Below, in pieces: positions 1 to 9,380 of a DNA stretch of 31,867 nt. The notes under the pieces were generated by a model. It was not told the DNA's origin and ran no database searches. It saw only the letters and a list, made by a program, of their open reading frames with translations. A program made the position numbers and the translations under genes. Each line of letters begins with the position of its first letter. Within the stretch, counting starts at the first letter, position 1. Source of the stretch: Promethearchaeota archaeon. GTDB taxonomy: Archaea; Asgardarchaeota; Lokiarchaeia; Sigyniarchaeales; SOKP01. Location of the stretch: NCBI GenBank assembly GCA_011364925.1, contig RDOA01000044.1:1-31867 (forward strand), written 5' to 3'.

Positions 1-939
1 ATGTTTATTCTCTACCTTCTACAATTTTATCGTCCAATTATGGTTCTTTCCACATTCTTCCCACAGCTTAGTTCAGGAATGGCTGCATATGAGCGTGTTT
101 TAGATATACTTGATTCTGAGCCCAATGTAAAACAACATCCTAACGCGATTGATGTTGGTGTATTGAAAGGAGATATTACAATCAAAGAAGTGAACTTTCG
201 TTATAGAGAAGGAGATTGGATTTTTAACGGATTAAATTTACACATAAAAAAAGGGGAAAAACTCGCAGTGGTTGGCCACACAGGTGCTGGAAAAACATCA
301 CTTGTGTCCCTTCTTACACGCTATTACGAATTTCAGGGAGGAACAATAGAAATTGACGGGATAGATATTAGAAGTATGACATTAGAATCGTTGAGAAAAA
401 ATTTAGGAACCGTTCAACAGGATGTTTTTTTATTTTCTGGAACAATTGAGGAAAATATTAGATACGGTAGACAAGACGCGTCGGAAGAAGATCTTTGGAG
501 AGCGATAAAAATCGTCCACTTAGAAGAACTGATAGAATATTTACCCGAGGGACTTCAAACACAAATTGGCGAAAGAGGAAAAGGTCTTTCCGCAGGACAA
601 CAACAGCTCGTTAGTTTTGCTAGAGCGATACTAACAGACCCACAAATTCTTATTTTAGACGAAGCTACATCAAGCGTTGACGCATATACAGAAGCGATTA
701 TCCAGGAGGCTTTAGAAAGGCTTTTATCTAACAGAACCGCGATTATCATAGCTCACAGACTCTCAACAATCGTGAACGCTGACCGTATAATTGTAATGGA
801 TAACGGACGAATTGTTGAAGAAGGTACTCATGACTTTTTACTAAACCAGGGAGGAAAATACGCTAAGCTATATAAACAGTATTTTGAGCATCAAAGTCTC
901 GACTGGGAACCTTCTCAAGTAGCTATTGATGTCGAATGA
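1..939 (+). CDS. ABC exporter (MsbA/MdlB-like fused permease-ATPase), 5' part lies outside the window
   Basis: Walker A GHTGAGKT, signature LSAGQQQ, Walker B ILILDEATSSVD, H-loop IAHRLST; the N-terminus is the end of a transmembrane domain, so the ATG at position 1 is probably internal. Confidence 0.93.
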   Translation: MFILYLLQFYRPIMVLSTFFPQLSSGMAAYERVLDILDSEPNVKQHPNAIDVGVLKGDITIKEVNFRYREGDWIFNGLNLHIKKGEKLAVVGHTGAGKTSLVSLLTRYYEFQGGTIEIDGIDIRSMTLESLRKNLGTVQQDVFLFSGTIEENIRYGRQDASEEDLWRAIKIVHLEELIEYLPEGLQTQIGERGKGLSAGQQQLVSFARAILTDPQILILDEATSSVDAYTEAIIQEALERLLSNRTAIIIAHRLSTIVNADRIIVMDNGRIVEEGTHDFLLNQGGKYAKLYKQYFEHQSLDWEPSQVAIDVE

Positions 940-958
940 TTTTAGTTCTGATAGTATA

Positions 959-3046
959 TTAAATATTGATTTTCTTAGTGAGCAAATCTTCGTTCTTTGA
1001 AGAAGATCCAATATAGATTGTATATTCAATACTCTCGAGTTCCCATGCTTTATTATTAGGATTATACCATGCTAAATCCTTTTTAGCTAAATCTAATGAT
1101 ATAGTTTTTGTTTCATTAGGATTTAAAGCAATTCTTTTAAACCCTCGAAGCAGTTTCAATGGACGATCTATAGCAGAATTTTCAAAACCAACATATAATT
1201 GGGCTATTTCTTCGCCAGCAATAGGTCCAACGTTCGAAATTTCCACCTTTACGGTTATTTTCTCTTTGTTTGATTCTACTTCCATATTTTTATACGAAAA
1301 TTTAGTATAACTCAACCCAAATCCAAAGGGAAACTCAGGCTCGACATTTTTCTTTTCAAACAGAGTATAACCATGGTAATAATCGTATTCAATTTCATCA
1401 TCTTTTATATTAAAGTAAGGTAAATGAGCTGGATCCTCAGGTATTGTAAAAGGGAGTTTTCCGCTTGGGTTAACTTTACCGAAAATTATGTCTGCTAAAG
1501 CATGCCCTCCTTCCATACCAGAATACCACGCCATTATTATTGAAGGAACATTTTCTTTCCATTTTTCCATAAGGATAGCACTTCCTCCTACCAATACCAC
1601 TACGCATTTTTTGTTAACTTTTGATACAGCATCTATTAATATACCATCTCTCTCCTTTAATCCAAGGTTAATTCGGTCACCATATCCTCTTGACATGCGT
1701 GGGATGTATTCTCCCTCGTCCTTATATGTGTATCCAACAACAATGACTACAGCGTCTACGCTTTGAGCAATTTGTTGAGCAACATCAATGTCTATTGCGT
1801 TGTTATATATTACTTTAACCTTATTCTTTACATGATCTTTTATCCCTTCTAGTGGTGTCGCAATATTTCTTTGGCGAACATGGCTACTTCCATGATCTCC
1901 AGTATTTTTCATGTTAGCTAAGGCTCCAATTACGGCGAGAGTATTTATTTCTTCTGTAGAAAACGGAAGATTATCATCTTGATTTTTTAGGAGAACCATA
2001 CTTTTTTCAGCAACCTCTCGAGCTAAAAGAATATGATCAGAACAACCAATTAGATCAGGACTATAAGTCTGAGGGTCTTCTTTTGTGGTGAACTTAAGCA
2101 CTGTACGAAGTATTCTTCCTACTGCATCATCTAGGAGATCTTGAGGAACTTTTCCTTTTTTCACTGCTCTTCTCAATTTTCTGCCGTAATATTTCGCTCG
2201 GGGCATCTCAACATCCAATCCACCTCTAATCCCTTTTATAGTATCTTTAAGCCCATACATCCAATCTGAATGAATAAAACCCTTAAAATTCCATTCACCC
2301 TTTAAAATATCTCTTAATAAATAGGAATTATGACCACAATATTCTCCCCTAACTTTATTATAAGCTGACATAACAGTAGCGCATTCTTCTTCAACGCACT
2401 TTCTAAAATGAGGTAAATAAACTTCTCTTAAGGTCCTTTCATTAACTTGGATGTTGACCTTAAACCTTGAAAATTCAATACTATTAAGAGCAAAATGCTT
2501 AACCGTTGCCATCACGTTGTGTTTTTGAACACCACGAACTAAAGCGGCACCAAATTCACCAATATGAAACGAATCTTCTCCGTATGTTTCTTGAGCTCTT
2601 CCCCAAGCTGGATGACGTAAGAGATTTATACAAACACCACCAAAGAGATTAGCACCATGAGCACGAGCTTCCTTTCCAATGATTTCCCCGACTTTCTCTT
2701 CCAGTAATACGTCCCAAGACGCACCACGAGCCATTGATACCGGGAAACATGTAGAGCCAGGTATAATAACACCTCTGGGTCCATCAGTAAAATAAAAAGG
2801 GGGAAAATTTAATCGTGGAACGCCTCCACCTGGATAAGCGCGCACACCAAACTTAAGATCCTTTAACATTAGTAAATAAAAATTGTTTCCTGACATTGCA
2901 GCAACTTTCTCTTTCAATGTCATCATCCTTAATGCTTTGTTGACGATCGAATTAATTTCCTCTTCCGTCATACCTTTTTTAATCTCTAGCACTTCCAAAA
3001 ATTCTCCCTTAAAATCATTAGTAATTATAGCTTTAATATTTATCAT
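959..3046 (-). CDS. Glycoside hydrolase family 3 (beta-glucosidase/xylosidase, BglX-like) with C-terminal Fn3-like domain
   Basis: TDGPRG, WGRAQETYGED, KHFA, MSAYN, nucleophile motif HSDW, NPSGKLPFT, FPFGFGLSYT; no obvious signal peptide. Confidence 0.95.
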   Translation of the reverse strand: MINIKAIITNDFKGEFLEVLEIKKGMTEEEINSIVNKALRMMTLKEKVAAMSGNNFYLLMLKDLKFGVRAYPGGGVPRLNFPPFYFTDGPRGVIIPGSTCFPVSMARGASWDVLLEEKVGEIIGKEARAHGANLFGGVCINLLRHPAWGRAQETYGEDSFHIGEFGAALVRGVQKHNVMATVKHFALNSIEFSRFKVNIQVNERTLREVYLPHFRKCVEEECATVMSAYNKVRGEYCGHNSYLLRDILKGEWNFKGFIHSDWMYGLKDTIKGIRGGLDVEMPRAKYYGRKLRRAVKKGKVPQDLLDDAVGRILRTVLKFTTKEDPQTYSPDLIGCSDHILLAREVAEKSMVLLKNQDDNLPFSTEEINTLAVIGALANMKNTGDHGSSHVRQRNIATPLEGIKDHVKNKVKVIYNNAIDIDVAQQIAQSVDAVVIVVGYTYKDEGEYIPRMSRGYGDRINLGLKERDGILIDAVSKVNKKCVVVLVGGSAILMEKWKENVPSIIMAWYSGMEGGHALADIIFGKVNPSGKLPFTIPEDPAHLPYFNIKDDEIEYDYYHGYTLFEKKNVEPEFPFGFGLSYTKFSYKNMEVESNKEKITVKVEISNVGPIAGEEIAQLYVGFENSAIDRPLKLLRGFKRIALNPNETKTISLDLAKKDLAWYNPNNKAWELESIEYTIYIGSSSKNEDLLTKKINI

Positions 3047-3107
3047 AGCGAATTTTTATTTAACATTGTGATTTCTGACTAATTACATATATTTTAAACT
3101 TAAACTG

Positions 3108-4367
3108 GTGACATTTTTGTTCGATACTAGTTACATGCATAATTTTATAGAAGAAGTATGCAATGAAATTGGTCCACGGGAATCAGGGACACAACAAGAG
3201 ATACTAGCAGGAAATAAAATTGAATCAGAGTTAAAAAAGTTTTGCGACCAAACCCAACAAGAAGCATACACCAGCAGTCCTCACGCATTTTTGGGAGGAA
3301 TTAGGTATGGCGCAATCATAGTATTTATTACTGTAATATTCTATTGGTTGTCGTTATTAAACGATCTTGAGATTTTGTTGCTTAATCCTACTCTCAATAT
3401 CGCTCTATTGATTATATCGATAATTCTCATCGGAGTTACTATTAGTTATTTCATTTTAGAAGTAATGAAATACTACGAAACATTTGATTTCCTCTTTCCA
3501 AAAAAGGAATCGAGGAATATTATTGGTACTTTCATTCCAAAAAACGATGTCAAAAACATTGTAATTTTTTCAGCCCACCACGATTCTGCTTTTGAATTTA
3601 ATACTTTTTACTATTTGAAGCGCTTTGGGCAAGTTATTATTAATGTGGGATATTTAGGAGTCGGAATAATTTTAATAGCTATTATTTTGAAGTTAACTTT
3701 TTTCGTTTTGTTAATCGAACAACCGATTCTCTTTCTAATTTTTGGGATTTTCTTTATAATATTCATACCTATTATCATAGTTTACATTTTTTTCCATAGT
3801 TATAAGCCAGTTCTTGGCGCTTTCGATAACTTATCAGGAGTTTCAGTATTATTAGGAATCGCAAAATATCTTTCTGAAAACAAAACCAACGATGAGATCT
3901 TCCCTAAAAACACCAAAGTGAATTTAATATCTTTTGCAGGTGAAGAGGCAGGGTTAAGAGGTGCTAAACGATACGTAAACATGCATTACGAGGAATTACG
4001 ATCAGTTCCAACTACCGTTGTAAATATGGATAGTATTGCGAAAAAAGATTTTGTAATCATTCATAATAAAGAATCTGGAATAGGAGCTAAGCACGATCCT
4101 ATCGTATTCGAACCACTGCTAGACATAGCAGAGAACTTAAATCTTAACGCTAAATTAATGCCCCTTCCTTTTGGTGCAACCGATGGAGCTGCCTTTAGTA
4201 AAAAGAATATACCTGCTACTGCAATGGGCGGTTTGAACTTAAAAGAAGAATTAATGTCCTACTATCATACTAGAAATGACTGTCCAGCTGTGGTTGAAAA
4301 AGAAGCTTTGGGTCAATTTGCCCAGATTTGCATTGAGTATCTAAAGTTTGTTGACAATCAATCTTAA
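3108..4367 (+). CDS. M28 family metallopeptidase with inserted transmembrane hairpins
   Basis: SAHHDS, GAFDNLSG, GEEAGLRG, NMDS, TD, YYHT zinc/catalytic motifs; two pairs of long hydrophobic segments; GTG start. Confidence 0.85.
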   Translation: MTFLFDTSYMHNFIEEVCNEIGPRESGTQQEILAGNKIESELKKFCDQTQQEAYTSSPHAFLGGIRYGAIIVFITVIFYWLSLLNDLEILLLNPTLNIALLIISIILIGVTISYFILEVMKYYETFDFLFPKKESRNIIGTFIPKNDVKNIVIFSAHHDSAFEFNTFYYLKRFGQVIINVGYLGVGIILIAIILKLTFFVLLIEQPILFLIFGIFFIIFIPIIIVYIFFHSYKPVLGAFDNLSGVSVLLGIAKYLSENKTNDEIFPKNTKVNLISFAGEEAGLRGAKRYVNMHYEELRSVPTTVVNMDSIAKKDFVIIHNKESGIGAKHDPIVFEPLLDIAENLNLNAKLMPLPFGATDGAAFSKKNIPATAMGGLNLKEELMSYYHTRNDCPAVVEKEALGQFAQICIEYLKFVDNQS

Positions 4368-4386
4368 AATTTCTTTATCTTCCTTC

Positions 4387-4773
4387 CTAGTAAAGAAAAA
4401 TTATTTTACGAATATAGTCTTCCATTTTTTCTGAGATATTAGAAAATTTAGAATCGTAATTTAAATTTAAAACCAAAAATGTTTTCTCATCACATTCCAT
4501 AATGATAATAGTTTGAGTTCCTAACTCTGCGATTATCTTAGACGCTTTTCTGTCTCCCATTGTACGTCCTAAACCTATAGCACTTTCTAATACCGAAGCG
4601 CACATGGAAGTGAAGTTTTCAAAATCAATTTTTTCGTTGAAATTTTCAGCAATAAGACCTCCATCACGGTAAGCGACCAAAACACCTAGTAAATTTCCAT
4701 TCTCTTTAATTTGAGTTAGAATTTGATTTAATTTCTTCACTTTTTCAGTTTTAGAAAGTTCTAGCTCAACCAT
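4387..4773 (-). CDS. Roadblock/LC7 (MglB-like) domain protein
   Basis: GVLVAYRDGGLIA, then helix FTSMCASVLESA and strands IIAELG-TIIIM-FLVL, typical of the roadblock fold; ATG at 4773 (upstream TTG at 4785 possible). Confidence 0.82.
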   Translation of the reverse strand: MVELELSKTEKVKKLNQILTQIKENGNLLGVLVAYRDGGLIAENFNEKIDFENFTSMCASVLESAIGLGRTMGDRKASKIIAELGTQTIIIMECDEKTFLVLNLNYDSKFSNISEKMEDYIRKIIFLY

Positions 4774-4813
4774 ATCCGTCTTCAACCTTAGTTTTCAATA
4801 GTTAATTTAATTA

Positions 4814-6253
4814 ATGAGACTTAAAATTTTAATATATATGAATAACGAAAGCTCTGCACCCAGGAAAAATAAATTAAGGGAGCTAATCCAAAATAGTAAT
4901 GAAGAGTTCATTGAAAAAGATTTAATTCCATTTTTAAAAATTCCAAGTTTTAGTTTAAATCGCGAGGGGATCAGGGAAACCATAGATTTCCTTGCTTCGT
5001 ACCTTTCGAGTTTCTGCGAAAAAGTTGAGGAAATCGAAGGAAAAATCAATCCTTCTCTAATTGTTAAAATAAGCGGAGAAATCAAGGATAGATTATTAAT
5101 CTACATGATGTATGATACGCAACCTGTACATAATGAAAATGAATGGATCAAAAATCCCTTTAAAGCTGAACTCGTTGAATTACCAGAACCATTAGATCGT
5201 TTAGGGAAGGTAATTATTGCTAGGGGTGCTTACAATTCTAAAACTCCTTTAATGTGCTTCCTTAATGTGGTAAAGCTATTAAAAGAGAATGCAAAGCTTC
5301 CAATTTCTTTATTGCTACTAATTGACGGTGAAGAAGAGTTAGGTTCTCCCTCACTTGTTAATACTTTAAAGCTGAAAAAGACTGAATTTAAGTCGTGTAT
5401 TGATGCTTATTACCCCTCAATCAAGCAAGATTTAAACGGGAAATCAGTTTTAAAGCTTGGCTATAAAGGTATTTTATCTTTTAGTATTCATGTATCTTCC
5501 CTCAACAAAGAATCCCACTCTGCTTACAGTGGTATTATTCCTAGCCCCGCAAGCGATTTAATTTCTTTACTTAACACTATATACAACAATAATGAATTTT
5601 TGATTAATTCATTAAAGAAATCCTATGAAATCTCTAAGGACGAACTCCAACTTATCGATAAATTAATGAAAACAATTGATATAGAAAAAATCAAAGAAAA
5701 AGCAGGAATAGTAGAAGCTAATGAAATTAATTCAAGAACATTTTATGTTGATTATCTTTTTAAACCTACATTTAATGTCTCAACTCTAAAGTCTGGTTAT
5801 TTAAAAGATGGATTTAAAAACTATGTTCCTAATGAAGCTGTATGTAAGATTGATGTAAGATTTGCTCACAAAGTTTCTGTAAATACTTTATATAACGAAA
5901 TTAAAGAAAAAGTTGAAAAATTTGCTCAAAACTCAAAATCTAAAATTAAACTTATTAAAAATATCGGATATGAAAGCTCTCGGGTTAAAAGTGATTCAAT
6001 CTTAATAAAAAGTCTGGTTAAAGCTGCTGAACATTTAGGATTCGCTACAGAAATATGGCCATTAAGTGCTGCCGCTGCTCCATTAAGTATAATTCAAAAA
6101 GTCTTGGGATTAAATTTTATCACTGGTGGTTTAGGAATCGGAGGGTATGCTCACGCGCCAAATGAATTCGTTCAATTAAGTTCAATTAGAAACACAAGGC
6201 TCGCAAATTGCCTTTTTTTAAAAACCTATAGTAACTTCTATAACAAAATGTAG
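4814..6253 (+). CDS. M20/M25/M40 family metallo-hydrolase (dipeptidase/deacylase-like)
   Basis: YMMYDTQP, ARGA, DGEEELGSP, LGYKG, HSAY, PTFNV, IDVRF, HAPNE; alternative ATG at 4838. Confidence 0.88.
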   Translation: MRLKILIYMNNESSAPRKNKLRELIQNSNEEFIEKDLIPFLKIPSFSLNREGIRETIDFLASYLSSFCEKVEEIEGKINPSLIVKISGEIKDRLLIYMMYDTQPVHNENEWIKNPFKAELVELPEPLDRLGKVIIARGAYNSKTPLMCFLNVVKLLKENAKLPISLLLLIDGEEELGSPSLVNTLKLKKTEFKSCIDAYYPSIKQDLNGKSVLKLGYKGILSFSIHVSSLNKESHSAYSGIIPSPASDLISLLNTIYNNNEFLINSLKKSYEISKDELQLIDKLMKTIDIEKIKEKAGIVEANEINSRTFYVDYLFKPTFNVSTLKSGYLKDGFKNYVPNEAVCKIDVRFAHKVSVNTLYNEIKEKVEKFAQNSKSKIKLIKNIGYESSRVKSDSILIKSLVKAAEHLGFATEIWPLSAAAAPLSIIQKVLGLNFITGGLGIGGYAHAPNEFVQLSSIRNTRLANCLFLKTYSNFYNKM

Positions 6254-6504
6254 TTTAATAGGAATGAATTAAACCATTAGCGCCTTGCAATTTTGGTTTA
6301 CTTGCTTCTTTAGCGCATTTCCATACAACAAAGACACGAAAAATTTATTTGAAATTTTTCTTTTTGTACTTTTAAAAAAACAAATAATTATTCTTTTGCA
6401 AACCATTAATATTTTAATAATTTACTTTTATTATAATTATAATCATACTTTTCAAATAACTTAATTATAAAATTGGATGGAAAATCAATTCCATTTACGA
6501 ACTT

Positions 6505-7077
6505 ATGACACTTAATAACAATCAAGAACAACTTAACGGAATAGAACCCGATGTAATGTTTAAAGTTTGTTTTTTTGGGGATGGAGGCGTAGGGAAGACA
6601 ACACTGATTGATAGATACCTTACTGGAGTGTTTAAATCTGATCATACTTTAACCATTGGAGTTGATTTCCATATTAAAAAACTTAGAATTGGAGATAAAA
6701 TAGTTTCTCTCCAAATTTGGGATTTTGCCGGAGAAAGTCGATTTCGGTTTCTTTTACCGAGTTACGTTGTCGGTGCGTCTGGAGGGATTTTCATGTACGA
6801 TATAACGAGATTCTCCAGCTTGAAAAATTTTCCCGAGTGGATTGACATTTTTAAAAATGGGTTTGCAGGGCAAGGTGGAAAACAATTACCCGTTCTAATG
6901 GTTGGAAGCAAACTAGATTTGAGTTATAAACGGGCTGTTTCAAGCAAAGAAGCATACAAACTTGCAAAAGAAAAGAATTTATACGGATATATCGAATGTT
7001 CTTCAAAAGATGGGCGTAACGTAGAAGATATATTTACGGAAATAGCAAAGTTAATGTTGACCCGAGCTAAACTTTAA
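6505..7077 (+). CDS. Rab-like small GTPase (Ras superfamily)
   Basis: G1 GDGGVGKT, G2/RabF1 TIGVDF, G3 WDFAGE, G4 SKLD, G5 ECSSK; no C-terminal cysteine motif. Confidence 0.95.
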   Translation: MTLNNNQEQLNGIEPDVMFKVCFFGDGGVGKTTLIDRYLTGVFKSDHTLTIGVDFHIKKLRIGDKIVSLQIWDFAGESRFRFLLPSYVVGASGGIFMYDITRFSSLKNFPEWIDIFKNGFAGQGGKQLPVLMVGSKLDLSYKRAVSSKEAYKLAKEKNLYGYIECSSKDGRNVEDIFTEIAKLMLTRAKL

Positions 7078-7081
7078 AACC

Positions 7082-7939
7082 TTATTTAACAAAGATATCT
7101 TCGAGCGAATCAAAAACAAGATCGGGGTTTAGATCTTTATCAATCTCGTGAACTTGTAGAATATCTTCTCTTAATTTTATAACATCAGATTTTTTTGTAA
7201 CTCCTGTTAACACCAGTGCCGTAATAATTTTAGCTCGATTTCCGGCAATTATATCTGTATTTAATCGATCACCAAATATCACTGCTTGTTCGGGAGACAT
7301 ATCAGTGTCATTTAGCATTGCTATAATTCCAAATGGATTTGGTTTACCAAATATATCAATAGGCTTCCGGTTAGTACAAGTTTCGACTGCATTTACCATT
7401 ACACCCGCACCTGGTAATAAACCATTGGCAACGGGTAAAGTGCTATCGGCGTTTGTGGCATAGAATTTTGCGTTCCCTTGTAGAACGCAAGTTTGAGCGA
7501 AAGTTAGCTTTTCATAGTTAAACGCTCTATCTAACCCAACTATCACAAAATCTACTTTATCATATTCGTAGTCTACATTAACAACCGTATGGCCTCTCAT
7601 TTTTAATTCTTCTCTTAAACCAGTTTCACCAATAACAAAGATTATAGCATTCTGCTTTAATTTAGTTATTTCTTCTGCAGTAATCGACGCACTAGTATAA
7701 AAATCTTTGATTTCACATTGTATATTAAAATTTCTCAAACGATCAACATACATTTGTCTTGTGGCTGTAGAATTGTTTGAATTATATACAATCTTTACAG
7801 ATTTTTCTTTTAAGTAGCTAATTACCTTGTCACTGTTAGGTATTAATGTATGTCCCCTATACACGACTCCATCCAAATCAAATATAGCTAATTTAATATC
7901 TTTAAGTTCGTTAATTAATTCTAAATGAACGTCGTTCAT
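7082..7939 (-). CDS. HAD-superfamily IIA phosphatase (NagD-like)
   Basis: Motif I FDLDGV, SNNS, ATNAD, GKP, GDRLNTDI, LVLTG; ATG at 7939, 2 nt after the stop of the upstream kinase-like gene (track uses TTG at 7951). Confidence 0.93.
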   Translation of the reverse strand: MNDVHLELINELKDIKLAIFDLDGVVYRGHTLIPNSDKVISYLKEKSVKIVYNSNNSTATRQMYVDRLRNFNIQCEIKDFYTSASITAEEITKLKQNAIIFVIGETGLREELKMRGHTVVNVDYEYDKVDFVIVGLDRAFNYEKLTFAQTCVLQGNAKFYATNADSTLPVANGLLPGAGVMVNAVETCTNRKPIDIFGKPNPFGIIAMLNDTDMSPEQAVIFGDRLNTDIIAGNRAKIITALVLTGVTKKSDVIKLREDILQVHEIDKDLNPDLVFDSLEDIFVK

Positions 7940-7941
7940 AG

Positions 7942-9105
7942 TTAAAACCAACCTACAGGTACACCCAATAGAAATATCAGAAGTTGGATTCCAATTGGAA
8001 TGAAAATTGGATTTAATATATTATCTGCTGTAACCGATGGTAAATAATCCGTAAGGAAAAATATGAAAGCCCCCATTATCGCATATATAGGTCCTACAAA
8101 CACAAGACCTATTAAATATGCCACAACTACACCAGCTATAAATCCTTCAATCGATTTTACTTCCTTATTTCTCAAGGTTATCTTATGTTTTCCATATCTT
8201 CGTCCTATTAACGCAGCAGATGCATCTGACAAGCAAGCTATAAGCGTTCCTGCAAAAAACACGCGAGCGTCGGGTATAACCCTAGCCATATAAAGCATAT
8301 ATGAAAAAATGAACCCCGTCATAATGTAAATCTGAGGTCCTGCAGCGTTTTTTTCCTTATTTCTTAACATAGATTTCGTCAAGAAATTAAAAAAAGAATA
8401 TTCAGGCCCCCATATAATACGAATAATATCGGATATAATTGCGAACACTAACGAACCAATTATCCCAAACATGGTAATTTCAATAACAGCTTGAAATTCA
8501 CCTGGTACAAATGGATACGAGCTGGGACCCCAAAAGAAATTGTATGGTAGTGGAACTTGTTGGATCCCTAAGATAAGTGAATCGTTTACTAGGAGTGCGA
8601 ACGGAGGTATTGTAAGAATCCCGTAATAAGCTATAAGAAGCAATAATCCAGTTAAATGAAAGCTTTTTCTAACAATTTCCATCTTAAATGGAATCTCTTC
8701 CAGATAAGGATCCTCTCTAGTCATCCGTGCTATGTATCGTCTTAGAATTGATTTCTCTCTGGAAGGTTTCTTCTTTGAAATTCTACCTTCCGCCTCTTTC
8801 TTCATTCTCTTTATGTCTACCCTTATGATTGTTGTAAACACAAGATTAAGAATCAGAATCATGCCGATCCACCATACCATAAATCCATTGAAAGGATAAG
8901 TGAAAAATCCAAACACTGAGTTGTAATATCCATAAATCAAGAAACAAACCCCACAAAGCATTGATGAAATTCCACCGTATCTATTCTTTGATCGATAGCC
9001 TCTAATGCCAATATAATACATTAAACTCATTAAAATAAAAAAGAACAGCGAAAATGTTGTGTTGTAAAGGCTCTCTACAAATACCCAATACTCCATTATC
9101 AGCAC
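7942..9105 (-). CDS. CTP-dependent polyprenol/diacylglycerol kinase family membrane protein (dolichol kinase/phytol kinase/Dgk1-like) with extra N-terminal TM domain
   Basis: EIVRKSFHL, SDASAALIGRRYGKHK, KSIEGFIAG, DNILNP motifs; many hydrophobic segments. Confidence 0.82.
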   Translation of the reverse strand: MLIMEYWVFVESLYNTTFSLFFFILMSLMYYIGIRGYRSKNRYGGISSMLCGVCFLIYGYYNSVFGFFTYPFNGFMVWWIGMILILNLVFTTIIRVDIKRMKKEAEGRISKKKPSREKSILRRYIARMTREDPYLEEIPFKMEIVRKSFHLTGLLLLIAYYGILTIPPFALLVNDSLILGIQQVPLPYNFFWGPSSYPFVPGEFQAVIEITMFGIIGSLVFAIISDIIRIIWGPEYSFFNFLTKSMLRNKEKNAAGPQIYIMTGFIFSYMLYMARVIPDARVFFAGTLIACLSDASAALIGRRYGKHKITLRNKEVKSIEGFIAGVVVAYLIGLVFVGPIYAIMGAFIFFLTDYLPSVTADNILNPIFIPIGIQLLIFLLGVPVGWF

Positions 9106-9380
9106 ATTGACTTGGATAGTTATTTAACTTTACTATTAATCATCAATTAATTATTCTTATATTTTACCTTATCGCCAGAATCGAGGCTTTATCCACATAT
9201 TATACAATTTAATAAAGATATAATAAAGAAGTTTATTATATATATAACAAATAAAAAAAAATAAATAAATAGTACCAATCTATTTAAATTATAAGTGAAA
9301 ATATATCTTAATTGTCTTCCTATTATATTATATTTATCTAATAAAAATATTTAATTAATCCGAAGGAGAAAGTACCAGAA

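Noticed and set aside
6262-6305. ATGA followed by a stem, superficially like a eukaryote-type SECIS as known from Lokiarchaeia
   Set aside because: No GA on the 3' side to complete the quartet and no in-frame TGA in the upstream gene
9106-9380. Very AT-rich divergent spacer considered as replication origin or repeat array
   Set aside because: No ORB-like G-string repeats, no regular repeat-spacer pattern and no cdc6/orc1 gene nearby
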